Shown in pieces: positions 54,579 to 64,000 of a stretch of DNA of 64,000 bases. This stretch comes from a virus. Its lineage: Duplodnaviria; Caudoviricetes. Where the stretch lies: IMG/VR virus record IMGVR_UViG_3300025986_000001, positions 66,758 through 130,757 of that record. One strand, written 5' to 3'. Both the position numbers and the translations under genes were made by a program. Positions within the stretch are counted from its first letter, which is position 1. The number at the start of each line of letters is the position of its first letter. Below the pieces are notes generated by a model. The model made no database searches and was not told the DNA's origin. It saw only the letters and a list, made by a program, of their open reading frames with translations.

Positions 54579-56630
54579 ATGGCGCGCGTTGTCGGCCCGG
54601 CCGAAGGCCAGCGGACGATCCAGATTCTCAACCGCTACACCGGCCAGTTCTTCGGCTACGCCGGCCGCCGGGTCACCTGGTACACCGATGCGGGCGCGAC
54701 GGCGCTGGCCGACATCCGGGCGTTCGACCCAGCCCAGCCCGGCGTGGTCGGCTCGGCCATCACCGGCTCGTACACCACGCTGGACACCGCGGGCCGCACC
54801 CCCGCGTTCTGGTTCCCTGACGGCGCGACGACCCTGTACGCGCGGGTGACGCGCGGCCCGATCATCTCCGTGACGGCGTCCACGGCCGCCGCCTCGGTTA
54901 CCGGCAGCGGCACCTCCGTCGATGTGCGCAGCTACGGGGCGCTGGGCGACGGCACCACCGACGACACGGCAGCGCTGGTGGCCGCGATGACCGCGGCGGC
55001 CGGCGGCACGGTCGTCCTGCCGGCCGGCACCTACCTGCACACCGGTCCGTCGATCACCGCGTCGCTGGTCGGCGCTGGGATGTCCAAGACGATCCTGCAC
55101 GGCCCCCAGCTGACCCTGTCGGCCAGCAACATCACCATGCAGGATCTGCGAATCCTCTCGTCCAGTTCGACCGCGGTCATCTCCGCGCACTGCACGGATG
55201 TGCGCTGGACCCGGGTGCAGACCCTGCACGACACCGGGATCAGCAACCACCTGGCCTGGGACGCCTTCGACGTGGACCGGATGCGGGTCTCGGACTGTCG
55301 GTTCGGCGTCGGCGGGCTGCAGCTGTCCGGCTGCGACGACTTCCTGATCCAGGGCAGCTGGTGGGACTGCTCGTACGCCAACACCAACGAGCCGTGTCAC
55401 ATTAGCGGGCAGTCCAGCGGCCAGTTCGTTAACAACACGGTCACCAACACCGCCACCGACGCCGTGGACCTCTACTCGTCGGGGCACCGCTGCGTGGTGG
55501 CCAACAACCGGTTCATCGGGCTGCAGGGCAACGCCGGGCTCGAATGCAAGGTCACGATGAGTGACGACTCGAACAACAGTGCCTCGGCGGGCAACAAGTT
55601 CGAGTCGACGGTCATCAGCAACAACGTCTTCTACAACTTCAACAGCACCGTCACCTCGACCCGGGTCGGTATCTTCGCGGTGTTCGTGGACAACCGCGCC
55701 GTTCCCGCGTTCAGTGTCGCCGAGACGAACGCCGGCATCATCATCACCGGCAACGTGATGGAGGGCTTCAACACCACCGACCCCGGCAACGGCGCGGTGG
55801 TGGCCTACCAGGCGATCGTCTACACCGGCCACAACGGCCTGGTCTCGGGCAACACGATCCGGCGGATGCGCGGCTGGAACTCCGCCGCGCCGGTCGGGAT
55901 CCTGCTCTCCGGCGACGCCGCCGGGGTGGTCAACCTGCACAAGAACGTCCGGACGGTGGTCCGTGACAACGTCATCGTCGGGGTGGAGGGCAACGTCGGC
56001 ACCGGCATCCGGACCGGCAACCTCGACTACTGCCAGATCGTCGGCAACGTGGTCGGCACCGACGAGGAGTCCGGGGTCACCACCAAACTGGGGATCGACT
56101 TCGCCGCCGGCGCCAACATCAACCAGTGCGACATCTCGAACAACATGCTGCAGTGCAACGCGGCGTCCAGCTTCGGCGTCCGCACCGCGACCGCCACCGT
56201 GACGCTGACCGAATGCAAGGTCAGCGGCAATGTGATGCGCGACTGCGGCATGTCGATCGCGAAGGCCGTGCGGTGCGGCTTCACCGACAACACGATTTCG
56301 AACGCCGCGAACGCCCAGGGTTTCATCCTGGGCAACAGCGCCACCGCGTCGACCGACTGCCAGATCATCGGCAACCGGATCACGCAGGGCGGTTCCAGCG
56401 CCGGCATCGTGATGACCAACGTCGACGGGTTCGTCGCCGCCAGCAACATCTTCAAGACCATCACCCGGCCGATCTACGCGTTCAACGCGACCAAGAACGG
56501 CGTGGTGGTCAACAACATCAGCCGCACGCAGGGCGTCGGCAGCTCAGTGCTGATCTTCGACGGCACGGTGAGCGGCGGCGACCAGGCCACCACCTACGTC
56601 GACGCGAACTCCAACAAGATCCTCACCTGA
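54579..56630 (+). CDS. tailspike/depolymerase
   Basis: Shared N-module; DVRSYGALGDGTTDDTAA; Asn-ladder beta-helix repeats. Confidence 0.85.
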   Translation: MARVVGPAEGQRTIQILNRYTGQFFGYAGRRVTWYTDAGATALADIRAFDPAQPGVVGSAITGSYTTLDTAGRTPAFWFPDGATTLYARVTRGPIISVTASTAAASVTGSGTSVDVRSYGALGDGTTDDTAALVAAMTAAAGGTVVLPAGTYLHTGPSITASLVGAGMSKTILHGPQLTLSASNITMQDLRILSSSSTAVISAHCTDVRWTRVQTLHDTGISNHLAWDAFDVDRMRVSDCRFGVGGLQLSGCDDFLIQGSWWDCSYANTNEPCHISGQSSGQFVNNTVTNTATDAVDLYSSGHRCVVANNRFIGLQGNAGLECKVTMSDDSNNSASAGNKFESTVISNNVFYNFNSTVTSTRVGIFAVFVDNRAVPAFSVAETNAGIIITGNVMEGFNTTDPGNGAVVAYQAIVYTGHNGLVSGNTIRRMRGWNSAAPVGILLSGDAAGVVNLHKNVRTVVRDNVIVGVEGNVGTGIRTGNLDYCQIVGNVVGTDEESGVTTKLGIDFAAGANINQCDISNNMLQCNAASSFGVRTATATVTLTECKVSGNVMRDCGMSIAKAVRCGFTDNTISNAANAQGFILGNSATASTDCQIIGNRITQGGSSAGIVMTNVDGFVAASNIFKTITRPIYAFNATKNGVVVNNISRTQGVGSSVLIFDGTVSGGDQATTYVDANSNKILT

Positions 56631-56705
56631 TCGTTTCCCACCCGCGATGAAGGCCCGCAGCCGCCACGGCAGCGGGCCTTCGCTCTTCCCGAAACGGGAG
56701 TACCC

Positions 56706-57197
56706 ATGGCCAAGACCGGCCCCGCACCGAAAGTCGTCAAGCACGGCCACTCCGGCGGCGAATGGACCGACGTGCCGGACGCGCCCTACACCGGCCCCGG
56801 CAGCGACCGCGACCTGCCGGACATCCCCGGCCTGCCCTGGTACGAGACCACGGTGGCCTGGTGGCAGATCGTGCGGCAGATGCCGCACTGCAGGCTCTGG
56901 ACCGAAGCCGACTGGATCTACGCGATCGAGGTCGCGGTCCTGAAGAACCAGATCTGGGGCGAGCTGTTCGGCGGCGCGCTGCCGGCGAACCTGCTCTCGG
57001 AGGAACGCCAGCGCCTGGCGCTGCTGGGTTTGACCATGGAGCAGCGCCGCAAGCTCGGCATCCGCTACGTCGACCCGGCCCTGTTCCCGGACGAGTTCCC
57101 CAACGGTGTCAGCGCCGGCGCGCCGGCCGCGGCGCCGAGCAACAACGTCAAGGACATCAGCAAGGCGCCGAGCCGGCGCGCCCGCCTGGCGGGCTGA
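56706..57197 (+). CDS. terS: terminase small subunit
   Basis: GPAPK...WW..V..MPHC.LW...DW..AIE.A...E.RQR...LG.T...RR.L.IRYV, actinophage TerS pattern. Confidence 0.8.
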   Translation: MAKTGPAPKVVKHGHSGGEWTDVPDAPYTGPGSDRDLPDIPGLPWYETTVAWWQIVRQMPHCRLWTEADWIYAIEVAVLKNQIWGELFGGALPANLLSEERQRLALLGLTMEQRRKLGIRYVDPALFPDEFPNGVSAGAPAAAPSNNVKDISKAPSRRARLAG

Positions 57198-57210
57198 CCT
57201 AGGAGCGATC

Positions 57211-57534
57211 ATGGCTGACCGCACTCCCCAGAACTTCACCGAGACGGTGCTGGCGCCCACCTACTATGCCGCCAGCGGTGGCGGTGACCGGGTCTACCCG
57301 GGCAACGTGCTGCACGTCAAGAACGGCAACGCGGCGTCCGTGGTCATCACCATGGTCACCCCGGCCACGGTCGACGGTGATCTGGCCGTCGCCGACCGCA
57401 CGCGCACCGTCACCAACGGCACCGACGCGTTCGTCGTCGTGCCGCGCGACCCCGCGTACCGCGACGCCGACAACATGGTCGCGCTCTCGTGGTCGGTGAC
57501 CTCCAGCGTGACGTTCGCCGTACTGGCCCACTGA
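57211..57534 (+). CDS. probable virion decoration protein
   Basis: AGGAG RBS; LHVKNG...DGDLAVADR. Confidence 0.7.
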   Translation: MADRTPQNFTETVLAPTYYAASGGGDRVYPGNVLHVKNGNAASVVITMVTPATVDGDLAVADRTRTVTNGTDAFVVVPRDPAYRDADNMVALSWSVTSSVTFAVLAH

Positions 57535-57560
57535 TCCGCCGCGGCGAGAGGACGTAATCG

Positions 57561-59600
57561 ATGGTGCGCGCAGTCGGCCCGGCCGAGAGCCAGCGGACAA
57601 TTCAGCTGCTCAACCCGCGGACGCCGCAGTTCGTCGGGTTCGCCAACCGCAGGATCACCCTGTACACCGACCAGGCGGGCACCCAGCTGGCCGACATCCG
57701 GGTCTTCGACCCGGCTCACCCCACCGTGGTCGGCGCGGCCGTCACCGGCTCGGTGGTCACGCTGGACCGTAACGGCCGGATGGATCCGTTCTGGTTCCCC
57801 GACGGGATTGTGACCCTGTACGGGCGGATTACCCGGACCGCGGGCACGATCCGGCTGACCGCCGGCCCGGCCAGCTCCGAATGGTTCAACCTGGCTGAGC
57901 AGGGTGTCGTTCCCGGCTCGAGCGCCGATCAGACCGCGGCGATCCAGGCCGCCTTCGCGGCCGGCCTGACTGCCGGCTACCAGAAGTTCCTGCTGCCGGC
58001 CGGCGACTACACCATCGCCCTGGCCGAGGGTACGAACCTGTTCGCGATGACCGGCAAGACCGGCATCGTCGTCGACGCGTCCGGCGCGCGGATCATCAAC
58101 GATGTCCTCTACACCGGCAGCACCTTCCCGGCGATCTTCTATCTGTCCGGGTGCACGAACGTCGACGTGCGCCTGGGCGGATACCTGGGTCGGACCCTGA
58201 CCAGCCCGTCGACCGAGATCGGCGTCAAGGGCGCGGTGATCACGCGGATTCTGTCCGGCACCACCGGCGTGCGGGCCCGGCTGAACAACATCCAGTGGTG
58301 CCGGTACGCGGTCCAGTCCGGTGACTACGCCAACGAGGCGCTGGGCGGCTGCGCCAACCTGGACCTGGATGTTGCGGGCGACCACATCGGCTACCCGGTG
58401 GCGCTCTACAACGCCAGCTCGGTCAAGTTGAAGGTCTACGCCACCAACGTCGACCGGGCCGCCTACCTGGCCGGCATCGACGGGATCGACGCCGATGTGC
58501 GGTTCGCGCACTGCATCTCCGGCGGCGACACCGCGGTGCTGATCACGGACGCGAAGACCGGCACCGGCACCTCGCGCGGATGCGCGAACGGCAAGATCCG
58601 GGTCCGGGACATGGGCTCGACCACCATGCAGACCAGCGCCATGGCCTGCGGTATCTCACTGAGCCGGGTCGACCCGGGCACCACCTTCCAGAATTTGGAC
58701 ATCGACGTCCACGTGGTGGCCACCGACACGGTGGCACACCGGATGGGCTGCTTCCGGATCAACTCCGGCGCGACCACCGTGCCGGGCGCCACCTACCCGT
58801 TCGACTGGGAACAGACGATCACGCTGCGCCGGATCCGGGTCAGCGGTGTCATCGACCGCTCGGCGCAGACCACCTCGAGCGCCACCGTCGGGGACATCTA
58901 CGTCAACACGCTGGCCAGCAGCACCCACTACGCCACCGTCAGCGACCTCACGTTCGAGGACCTGACGATCATCACCGGCGTGGCAAGCCCGATCACCTGC
59001 ACCTTCACGGTTCCGGGCCTGGCCGATCGGCTGACGTTCAACCGGTTCATGGCCCCGTCGCTGGACCTGACCATGGCCTCCAACGTAACCAGCGAACTGA
59101 CCCTGACCAACTCGATCGTGAAGGCGCTGCGATCCGGCGGAACCATGTCCGTCACCATGATCAACAGCTCGGCCACCACGGTCGACGACTCAGTCACCGT
59201 GTTCATGAAGAACTTCGGCGCCACCGTCGGTGGCGCAGGCGCGATCTTCCGCAGCAAGCAGGTCACGCTCAACCTGACCGGCACCAGCGTCACCTGGACC
59301 AACGCGATCCCCGCCGGCGCGCTGGTGCTCGGCGTCTCCGGCGTCCTCACTCAGGCGATCACCGGCGCCACCGGCTTCAAGGTAGGCGTGGCTGCCGACG
59401 ACGCGCGGTTCTGCGCCCGGGTGCTGACCGCCGCGGGATCCGCGTTCACCCCGGCACACCAGGCCGGCACGGAGGTCAACCCCCGCAACTACCTGTCGAC
59501 CACCTCGATCCTGGTCGGCGGAATCGCCGGGGCGACATTCACCGCCGGACAGATCAAGTTGACGTTGTTCTACGTGGACTTCTCGACCCCGACCGGCTGA
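57561..59600 (+). CDS. tailspike/depolymerase, paralogue of 48492-50546
   Basis: Shared N-module; ITDAKTGTGTSRGCA; FTAGQI. Confidence 0.85.
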   Translation: MVRAVGPAESQRTIQLLNPRTPQFVGFANRRITLYTDQAGTQLADIRVFDPAHPTVVGAAVTGSVVTLDRNGRMDPFWFPDGIVTLYGRITRTAGTIRLTAGPASSEWFNLAEQGVVPGSSADQTAAIQAAFAAGLTAGYQKFLLPAGDYTIALAEGTNLFAMTGKTGIVVDASGARIINDVLYTGSTFPAIFYLSGCTNVDVRLGGYLGRTLTSPSTEIGVKGAVITRILSGTTGVRARLNNIQWCRYAVQSGDYANEALGGCANLDLDVAGDHIGYPVALYNASSVKLKVYATNVDRAAYLAGIDGIDADVRFAHCISGGDTAVLITDAKTGTGTSRGCANGKIRVRDMGSTTMQTSAMACGISLSRVDPGTTFQNLDIDVHVVATDTVAHRMGCFRINSGATTVPGATYPFDWEQTITLRRIRVSGVIDRSAQTTSSATVGDIYVNTLASSTHYATVSDLTFEDLTIITGVASPITCTFTVPGLADRLTFNRFMAPSLDLTMASNVTSELTLTNSIVKALRSGGTMSVTMINSSATTVDDSVTVFMKNFGATVGGAGAIFRSKQVTLNLTGTSVTWTNAIPAGALVLGVSGVLTQAITGATGFKVGVAADDARFCARVLTAAGSAFTPAHQAGTEVNPRNYLSTTSILVGGIAGATFTAGQIKLTLFYVDFSTPTG

Positions 59601-59678
59601 GCCGGACCCATTCCCACCCTGAAGACCCGCACGCCGTCACGGCAGCGGGCCTTCGCCTTTTCCCGCATGGGAGCCGCT

Positions 59679-62624
59679 ATGCCCCGCACCCTCGTGCGAG
59701 CACCCGGGCACGATCGACTGCGCTCGCTCGGCGGTCTCGCGATCGCCTTCATCGAACACTTCGTCCGACACGGCCCCGGCGCCGTGCAGGGCATGGAGAT
59801 CGCCCTCGGCGACGAGTACGCCGGCTTCATCATGGACGCCTACGCGCTGCTGCCCGACGGCAAACGCTGCTACGACCACTGTTTCCTGTCCCGCCCGAAG
59901 GGCACCAACAAAAGCGGACTGGCTTCATATCTCGCCCTTTTCGAAGCGCTCGGGCCGTGCCGGTTCGCGGGCTTCGCCGAGGGCGGCGAGGTCTACGAGG
60001 ACCCCTGGGGTTTGGGATTTTCATACACATATGAACGCGGCGAGCCCATGGGCAAAGCGGTTCATGTGCCTATGATTCGCATCATGGCCACCGAAGAAGG
60101 ACAGCCCCTCGCGCTCGACACGGCGGTGCCGACCCCGGCCGGGTGGACCACCGTCGGCGAGCTGACCGTCGGCGACACCGTGTTCGACGCTGAGGGTTAC
60201 CCGCGACGGGTGGTTCGCGAGACCCGAGTCATGCAAGGACTGGACTGCTACGCGGTCACCTTCTCCGACGGAGAACGCATCGTCTGCTCCGGCTCGCACC
60301 TGTGGACCCTGGAACGGCGCACCGGCAAAGGCACTGCGTTCGAGCAGGCCACCGTGACCACGGAGCAGCTGGCCGGCGACTATATCCGCGGCGGTGGTCA
60401 GGGCGGCACCGCCGGGCTGCGCTACCGCACCCGAGCCGGCGTCGAGTGGCAGACACCCGAGGTCAACCTGCCGATCGACCCGTATCTGCTGGGGATGTGG
60501 CTCGGCGACGGCAGCAAGTCCGATGCGAGCATCGCCTTCGACTACCGGCTGCGCGATGAGTACGAGGTGCTCCTCAAGCCGCTTCTCGCAGATCACGAAG
60601 AGCTGATCTTCTCCAATCCGGCCGGTAACTCCGGCACGGTACGGATCCGGCGGCGCAAAGGCCTGTGCGCTTACGGTCACGAGTACAGCGCCGACACGAT
60701 CCACTTGAGCTGCGGGCCCTGTCGGCGCATTACCAACGCCGGCCGCGGCAAGCGCCCGGAAGGCGTTGCCGCGCTGACTCTGCGCGAGCGCCTGCGTAAT
60801 GCCGGCCTGCTGGGCAACAAGCACGTGCCCAGCGTTTACCTGCGCGCTTCTGCCGCGCAGCGGCATTCTCTGTTGCAAGGGCTGATGGACTCCGATGGCG
60901 GTTTCGCTCGGGCGAACAACGCGGTCCGCGCAACATTCACCAACACCGACCGACGGCTGATAGACGGCATCGAGGAGCTGCTGACCACCCTGGGCTACAA
61001 GTGGTCGGAACAATGGTGCGAGTCGGTTACGGCGTGACGTGTGCACTTTGTCGCCTGTGCCAGCAAGCCGCCGGCACGCCTGGCGCACAAGGTCGCGAAG
61101 CTCGACATGCTGGGCGATAACGCGCGCTCGCGCCGCCGGCACGTTTCGCTGGTGGAGCGGGTCGAATCCGTCCCGGTCAAGTGCATCGGTATCGATACCG
61201 ACGACCACCTATTCCTGGTGGGCCGCCGGGCGGTGCCGACCCACAACACCGGCAACGTCTACGACACGATCTACTACAACCTGACCGACGAGGACTGCCC
61301 CCTCTCGCATGTGCCCGGCATCGACCCGGGGCGGACTCGGGTGTACCTGCCTGCCGGCGGGTTCGTCATGCCGTCGACCGCCAGCTCAGCCGCGAAAGAC
61401 GGTGGTAAGGAAACCTTTGCCTGGTCCCCCGTTCAGGTGGCCTGGATGGGGGACCAGGCAAAGGTTTGAAATATCGTTGTTTTTGACGAAAGTCACCTGT
61501 ACAATACCGCCGAGCTTAGGCGAATGCACACTACGGTAACCCGCAACCTGGTCAAATTGCGTGGCACCGCGAGCGAGCCGTGGTACATCGAAACCACCAC
61601 GATGTTCGCCCCCGGCGAGGACTCGGTCGCCGAGACCACGTTCCGCGAGGCGGAATTGATTCGGACGCAGAAAAAGAAACGCGGCCGAATCAGGATGCTC
61701 TACGACCACCGTTGGGGCGACGCGCCAGACCTGACCAACGAGGAACAGCTGGTCGAGGCCATCAGGGACGCCTTCGGCGAAGCTATCGAGTGGAACGATA
61801 TTCCGTCGATCCTCGACGAGTTCTACAGCCTGAAGGCGGATCCGGCCGACAGCCGGCGCTACTTCCTCAACGCCGAAACGAGCTCGTCGGACACCTGGCT
61901 GCCGCTACGTGACATCGACTCCTGCAAGGACGCGACGAAGGCCCTGCAGAAGGGCGACATCGTCACCCTGGGCTTCGACGGCTCGATCAACGACGACAGC
62001 ACAGCCTTGGTTGCCTGCCGGGTCAGCGACGGCCACCTCGAGCTGCTGCACATCGACGAGCGCCCAGCTGACCTGCCGGCGCACAAGGAGTGGAGCGTCG
62101 ACGAGGCCGGTGTCGACGCCGCGGTACACGTGGCGTTCGCGACCTACAAGGTGGTCGGCTTCTACTGCGACCCGGCGATGTGGTCGAGCTGGATCGCGCA
62201 GTGGCACACCCGCTACGAACGCCAGCTCAAGGCCCGCGCCACCGCCGGCAAGCCGCTGGAGTTCCGGTCGAACATCCGGACCCGGATGGCGGCCGCGGTG
62301 GAGGCGTTCTACCTGGCGGTCCGTTCGACCGCGAAGGCAGCCTCGGACGGCGTCCCGGAGCAGCGCCAGCTGTCGATCGTGCCGCCGGAGGACCGCCCCG
62401 ATGATGGCAAGAACCTGGCGCTGGTGCTGCGCCGGCACCTGGCCAACTGCTACGTCCGCAAAACCACCGAGGGTGATCTTCTGCGTAAGGAACTGCCGAA
62501 AAGTCCGCGCAAGATCGACGCTGCGATGGCTGCGGTGCTGGCGTTCCAGGCCCGCAACGACGCGATCAAGGCCGGGGTAAAAACCGGCGCCCGGCCCAAG
62601 CGCATCCCGCGCCGCGTCCGCTAA
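59679..62624 (+). CDS. terL: terminase large subunit with intein, two in-frame TGA (61035, 61467) and a 57-nt insertion
   Basis: SRPKGTNKSG (Walker A), VVFDESH (Walker B), LGFDGS..DSTAL, KIDAAMA; all three ORF pieces lie in one frame. Confidence 0.9.
60105..61247 (+). mobile_element. class 3 intein with LAGLIDADG homing endonuclease
   Basis: Starts Pro (PLALDT); HLW, VKCIGI, PTHN/T (WCT triplet); LGMWLGDG and LQGLMDSDG; exteins join as ATEEGQ-TGNVY. Confidence 0.9.
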
Positions 62625-62720
62625 TGCCCGGCAAGCCCAGGCGCTTCGACGGGCCTGCGTGACTCCAGCGCGGCCTGGTCGTTGGCAGGAAGTCCACCTC
62701 CCGCGGCGAGGAGCCGTTGC

Positions 62721-63143
62721 ATGCGCGATTGCACGTACGAGACCGAGTACGAACATCTGCACTCCCACCTGCGGCGGATCACCAGGATGCTCACCGGAAT
62801 CGGTGAGGACCTGGCCCGGCTCGCTCAGTTGGAGATCATTCACAACCTCGAGGAGTTGAGCAGCATGGCCAAGCAGGCCGAAGAGATCAGCAAGCTGGGT
62901 GGCCGGTTCGACGAGCTGGCCGCAGCCGTCACCGACATCCACGCCGACTACGAGGCGCTGCGCGCGGCCATGGAGGCCGACCGCGAGAACCTCTCCGCCG
63001 ACGGCCAGGCCGCGCTGGACGCCGCGCAGAGCAAGGCCGACGCCACCCGCCAGCTGCTGGTGGACCTGGACGTGGCGGTCGGTGACGCCGACGGCTCCGA
63101 CACGCCGCCGGCCGACGGCGGCGAGCCGGCCCCGACCGTCTGA
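62721..63143 (+). CDS. coiled-coil hypothetical protein
   Basis: GAGGAG RBS. Confidence 0.7.
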   Translation: MRDCTYETEYEHLHSHLRRITRMLTGIGEDLARLAQLEIIHNLEELSSMAKQAEEISKLGGRFDELAAAVTDIHADYEALRAAMEADRENLSADGQAALDAAQSKADATRQLLVDLDVAVGDADGSDTPPADGGEPAPTV

Positions 63144-63392
63144 GAACGGCCCGCCGGCCGTGGCGTTCGAAATGCGCTGCGGCCGGCGGCTGCCCGGAAG
63201 GGGCGAGCAGATGCGCAAGGCGTTCCGCAGGTGGTTTCCGGCCGTCCCCGCGCCGGCTGAGACCGTGCGCCGCGGGGATCTGCGGCCACGGATCGCAGCC
63301 TCGATGTGTCTGCGCTGTGGCCGCCGGTGGCTTGCCGGGCGCGGCATCTGGCATCCCTGGTGCGTGGTGCAGTTGCGGCACGCCTTCGATCT

Positions 63393-63818
63393 TTACTTCG
63401 AGCGGCTCGGCGACGGCCCGTAGACCACGGCCACCACATGCCCGAGGAAGTCCCCAGCGGTGGCAAACCCGCTGCCGGGCATGAAATGGACCGCGCCCGG
63501 GTGGCCGGGCAGGGTCGATATGTACAGTGACGGACCGATGACAGGGCTGAGTCGCCGGCGCTCGGTGTAGATGGCGTACTGGCGCAGCCCGTCGCTGTGG
63601 ATGGTTCGCTGGGCGCTGCCGCCCGGCTCCAGGGGTAGCTCGACGGTGATGTGAGTCGTCTCGCTGTCGTGCTCGATGTCGGCAGTCTGTCCCGCCACGG
63701 CCGCCTCGACGATGTCGTCGACGAGGTCGATCAGGCGGTTGCGCAGCTTCGGATCGTCGGAGTCCTGACAGTTCTTCTGGATCTTCTGCCATGCCCGCTC
63801 CTGCAGCCATTTCCGCAT
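63393..63818 (-). CDS. hypothetical protein oriented against the late operon
   Basis: AAGGAGA RBS, MRKWLQ. Confidence 0.6.
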   Translation of the reverse strand: MRKWLQERAWQKIQKNCQDSDDPKLRNRLIDLVDDIVEAAVAGQTADIEHDSETTHITVELPLEPGGSAQRTIHSDGLRQYAIYTERRRLSPVIGPSLYISTLPGHPGAVHFMPGSGFATAGDFLGHVVAVVYGPSPSRSK

Positions 63819-63899
63819 CTTCGTTTCTCCTTTTCGCTGTTCACCCCCGGCCGGGGGTGAACAGCGTAGCACTGCTCCACGACATCGGAAGGAGCGTGC

Positions 63900-64000
63900 G
63901 TGCCCGTGGCGATCAACGTCGAGACTCGGCTGTCTCCTGGCTGGTGGATGGACCGGCTGTTTCGCCGGCTGTCCGACCAGAAACGCCACGACCGGCTGGA
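63900..64000 (+). CDS. portal protein, N-terminus (truncated by window end)
   Basis: AAGGAG RBS; SPGWWMDRLFRRL...RL; position after terL. Confidence 0.6.
   Translation, partial: MPVAINVETRLSPGWWMDRLFRRLSDQKRHDRL

Noticed and set aside
48492-59600. Diversity-generating retroelement acting on tailspikes
   Set aside because: No reverse transcriptase; repeats are N-terminal and lack adenine-specific variation.
61411-61475. Group I intron in terL
   Set aside because: 57 nt is far too short and there is no catalytic core.
44174-62624. Genome-wide TGA reassignment
   Set aside because: Many neighbouring late genes end cleanly at TGA followed by an RBS or terminator.

Overview
High-GC (about 70%, estimated by eye) segment of a large actinobacterial phage or prophage genome. 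From left to right: (1) 1-7.8 kb, a leftward array of about 21 small early-type genes separated by 17 copies of a conserved bulged-hairpin plus palindrome element; (2) 7.8-9.45 kb, a non-coding region with an 80-bp duplication and an AT-rich, iteron-like stretch; (3) 9.5-24 kb, accessory genes (HNH, NADAR, two secreted/membrane paralogues, tRNA-fMet, nucleoside-deoxyribosyltransferase-like, HIT, tyrosine recombinase, HTH proteins), including a 250-aa gene followed by a roughly 400-nt ncRNA made of two circularly permuted tRNA-like domains and hexamer repeats; (4) 24-29 kb, a minus-strand cluster of 29 tRNAs covering all 20 amino acids, plus aberrant tRNA-like RNAs and structured spacers; (5) 29.5-44 kb, rightward genes including DNA polymerase III alpha (dnaE), SLOG, thermonuclease and HNH; (6) 44-59.6 kb, a battery of modular beta-helix tailspike/depolymerase genes around terS; (7) terL, which carries a class 3 intein, two in-frame TGA codons and a 57-nt hairpin insertion just before Walker B, followed by the start of the portal gene. 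All calls come from reading motifs by eye; no searches or folding programs were run.
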